The notes beneath the pieces were generated by a model, which saw nothing but the letters and a program-made list of their open reading frames with translations, was not told the DNA's origin and made no database searches. A stretch of 64,000 nucleotides of DNA from an uncultured Acidobacteriaceae bacterium (GTDB lineage: Bacteria > Acidobacteriota > Terriglobia > Terriglobales > Acidobacteriaceae), in assembly GCA_963786405.1 (NCBI GenBank), contig CAWAZE010000020.1, forward strand, positions 8,089 to 72,088, written 5' to 3'. Of this stretch, positions 61,648-64,000 are shown in pieces (within the stretch, counting starts at the first letter, position 1; each line of letters starts with the position of its first letter). The translations under genes were made by a program, and so were the position numbers.

Positions 61648-64000
61648 CTATTCGTTTAGATTGGCGTATTCCGATCTGGCGCGGGCGAGGACCGGGATGT
61701 GGTCGTCAGCGTCTTTCCAAAGGCTCAAGAAATCTTCGTAGGCGGCCTTGGCTTTCAGTTTGTCTCCAGATAATGCGAATGCTCTGCCGAGTTGCAAGTG
61801 CGCGAGCGCGCCGATCGGATCGGCAAGAACGATGCCGCGATGATCCAGGACCTTTTGGAATTCTGCCGCCGCCTCCCGGCCGCGCCCTGCCTGCAAGTAC
61901 GCCTGCCCACGCACATAGGCGGGATATAGCCCTCCGAACTTGGCGAAGAAGGCCGTGCCTGGCATCGCGAGGTCGTAGGGAAGTGCCGTTTGTAGCCGCT
62001 CGATCGCGTCCAACGGGACATTATCGTAGAGCGCGAAAAGCGCTCGCAACGTGGGAAGATACTCGAACTGTACGGGAGTGTCTTCCGGGAATCGTTTTGC
62101 CAGGTCCTCGGCGAGCGTTTGCGATCCGGAAATGTCGCCTGAGAGCACCAGTGCAAACCCCGCGGCATACTCCACATCGCGGCCCTTTCCCAATGCGAGT
62201 GCCGCCCGGGCGAGCTCTTTCGCCCGATCCCAATTTCCAAAGTGTGCTTCGCACACTGCCTCCGCGGCCTGGTAAATGGCCGCCTTTTCGCGGTCGCCGT
62301 TCTGTTGTGCTAGTTCGATCGTATGCTGCCAAAGGATTCTCGCGTTTCGCGCCTGTCCGGAACGCGCCAAAACTAGGGCATGGTTGTGCGACATCCAGTT
62401 CTCCGTCTCAAGGTTTCCGCGAGCCCGGTCGATTTCGCGTTTCATCCCCGCTTCGTCGCCCTCGAGAAACGCGATATAGTACCGGCTGACCAGAAAAAAG
62501 GGGTTTTCCAATTTGCGTTCAGCCGCCCGCTGCAACGCAGCCGCAGCTTCTGCGAACCGGCCAAGCGCAATATTGTGGACGATAAGAGTGTCATAGCCAA
62601 ACGGTAAATCAGGATTTAACCGAATCGCCTCCTGGGCTGCCTGAATTCCCTTCTCATATTGGCCGGTCCCCCGCGTGCCCCATCCGCCCCAAACCGTCCA
62701 GGCCTGCCAATCATTAGGATAGGTTTGCACCCATGACTCGATAGTTCCCAATTCCTTCTGCAAATTTCCGGTTACCTGCCGGTCGTACAAAAAGAGGATA
62801 AAGAGTCTCTCCCGGTCGCTGACCCGGTCCCGCAGCTCATAGGCTTTGCGGACATGCTCCGCGCCTAAATCGGTATGTCCCATATTCCAGTAAAAGAACC
62901 CTAAGTCGGCGTGGGCCATGGCGAACTGAGGATCGATGGCGATAGCGCGATGGAGATGGGGGATTGCCGCAGCGGAACCGCGCGCGAACACGGCCTTCCG
63001 TGCGACGCTATATGCCTTCAAGGCTTCCAGCGAGGGCGTGGTTGCCTGCTCGAGAGGCGTCGAGTGCTCCCGGATGGTTGCCAGCGATTCGCCCAGCCGC
63101 GCCCTGATTTGAATCGCAATCCGAGTGAGCGCATCCAGGACCTCTTCTTTTCTTTCCGCCTTCGCCTGCTCCTGGCCCAGGATGTCGCCGGTGCTGCAGT
63201 TTCTGGCCCGTAACCACAAGACATACTGGCTTCCGAGGCTTGCAATCGAGCCTTCCAGGACAGCCGTGCCGCCGGTGCGCTCGCAGATCTCCTGCGCCAC
63301 CTCGGAAGTGAGCCGCGTCTCGGGCGGCCGGTCCATATATCGCAGTACCTGCTGGATCTGTTGATCCGAGACAAGAGTGAGGGAACGGGACTGCTCCAGT
63401 TGTACCGACAAGCCTTGGCGGAGGATTCCATCAAACACCGGATCGCCGGTCTTGTTCTCAAATTCGCCCAGCACAATCTTTGTCTTCCCCGTGAGTTTCG
63501 GCGCCCGTTGCGGAGAAGAGTGTGCAGTCGCGTGCAACTCACCCTTCACCCTGGGAATCACCGCCAGCTCACGCTGTAACTCGGCAGCGGATTGCCAGCG
63601 GCGCCCTGAATCTTCTTCCAGACACCGGCTTAGGATGGTTTCCAACTTGCGCGCACGCAGGCGCCTCCGTTGCATGGCGGCCCGCTCGCCTGTCAGCATT
63701 TCGTAAAGGACCCAGCCGAATGCGTAGATGTCCGTGCGGGCATCAGCGGGCCTGCCCTCCCGCTGCTCCGGCGCCATGTAGGCAGGCGTACCCATCACCA
63801 TTCGATCGGCGGTGAGCGTTTGGTCTCCATCCAGCCTCGCCAGACCGAAATCCAGTACCTTCGCCCCGGATCTGGTCAGCATAATATTGCCAGGCTTCAG
63901 ATCGCGGTGGATGATGCCCTTCTCGTGCGCCGCCTCTAACGCGGCGGCGATCTGCCGGGCGTGACGGATTGCCTCTTCCAGGAGCAGCGGGCCTCTTTTC
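61648..64000 (-). CDS. Ser/Thr protein kinase with TolB-N-like and TPR domains (5' end outside window)
   Basis: [40 protein letters not shown]; [10 protein letters not shown]; TPR repeats. Confidence 0.93.
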   Translation of the reverse strand, partial: KRGPLLLEEAIRHARQIAAALEAAHEKGIIHRDLKPGNIMLTRSGAKVLDFGLARLDGDQTLTADRMVMGTPAYMAPEQREGRPADARTDIYAFGWVLYEMLTGERAAMQRRRLRARKLETILSRCLEEDSGRRWQSAAELQRELAVIPRVKGELHATAHSSPQRAPKLTGKTKIVLGEFENKTGDPVFDGILRQGLSVQLEQSRSLTLVSDQQIQQVLRYMDRPPETRLTSEVAQEICERTGGTAVLEGSIASLGSQYVLWLRARNCSTGDILGQEQAKAERKEEVLDALTRIAIQIRARLGESLATIREHSTPLEQATTPSLEALKAYSVARKAVFARGSAAAIPHLHRAIAIDPQFAMAHADLGFFYWNMGHTDLGAEHVRKAYELRDRVSDRERLFILFLYDRQVTGNLQKELGTIESWVQTYPNDWQAWTVWGGWGTRGTGQYEKGIQAAQEAIRLNPDLPFGYDTLIVHNIALGRFAEAAAALQRAAERKLENPFFLVSRYYIAFLEGDEAGMKREIDRARGNLETENWMSHNHALVLARSGQARNARILWQHTIELAQQNGDREKAAIYQAAEAVCEAHFGNWDRAKELARAALALGKGRDVEYAAGFALVLSGDISGSQTLAEDLAKRFPEDTPVQFEYLPTLRALFALYDNVPLDAIERLQTALPYDLAMPGTAFFAKFGGLYPAYVRGQAYLQAGRGREAAAEFQKVLDHRGIVLADPIGALAHLQLGRAFALSGDKLKAKAAYEDFLSLWKDADDHIPVLARARSEYANLNE

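Overview
High-GC bacterial chromosomal window. The gene repertoire (TonB-dependent receptor with a carboxypeptidase-regulatory-like N-terminus, 7TM-SpoIIE phosphatases, TPR Ser/Thr kinase) suggests Acidobacteriota (inference). Many essential genes carry single-base indels, which points to long-read or low-coverage assembly errors. (1) Left 17 kb, bounded by tRNA-Pro(GGG): a self-contained selenocysteine cassette. It holds tRNA-Sec(UCA), selD, selA and selB, flanked by three genes the ORF track splits at an in-frame TGA at the catalytic Cys position, each followed by a SECIS-like hairpin: DUF3179 (UxxC), AhpD-like peroxidase (CxxU) and a membrane-anchored deiodinase-like protein (SxxU). (2) Core region 17-57 kb: yggX, an orphan contractile tail-sheath gene, SRAP, RNase R with palindromic repeats inside its coding sequence, alaC preceded by an unannotated, apparently leaderless 29-aa Ala-rich uORF (candidate alanine-sensing attenuator), tyrS, a phosphomannomutase, manC, coaD, recA, gcvT, frr, lipA and the isc operon. 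(3) Right end: tRNA-Val(GAC) followed by a P4-type integrase, a zinc-finger gene, AlpA and phage-type replication genes, then a partial Ser/Thr kinase. All calls come from reading sequence and motifs by eye; no database searches were run.
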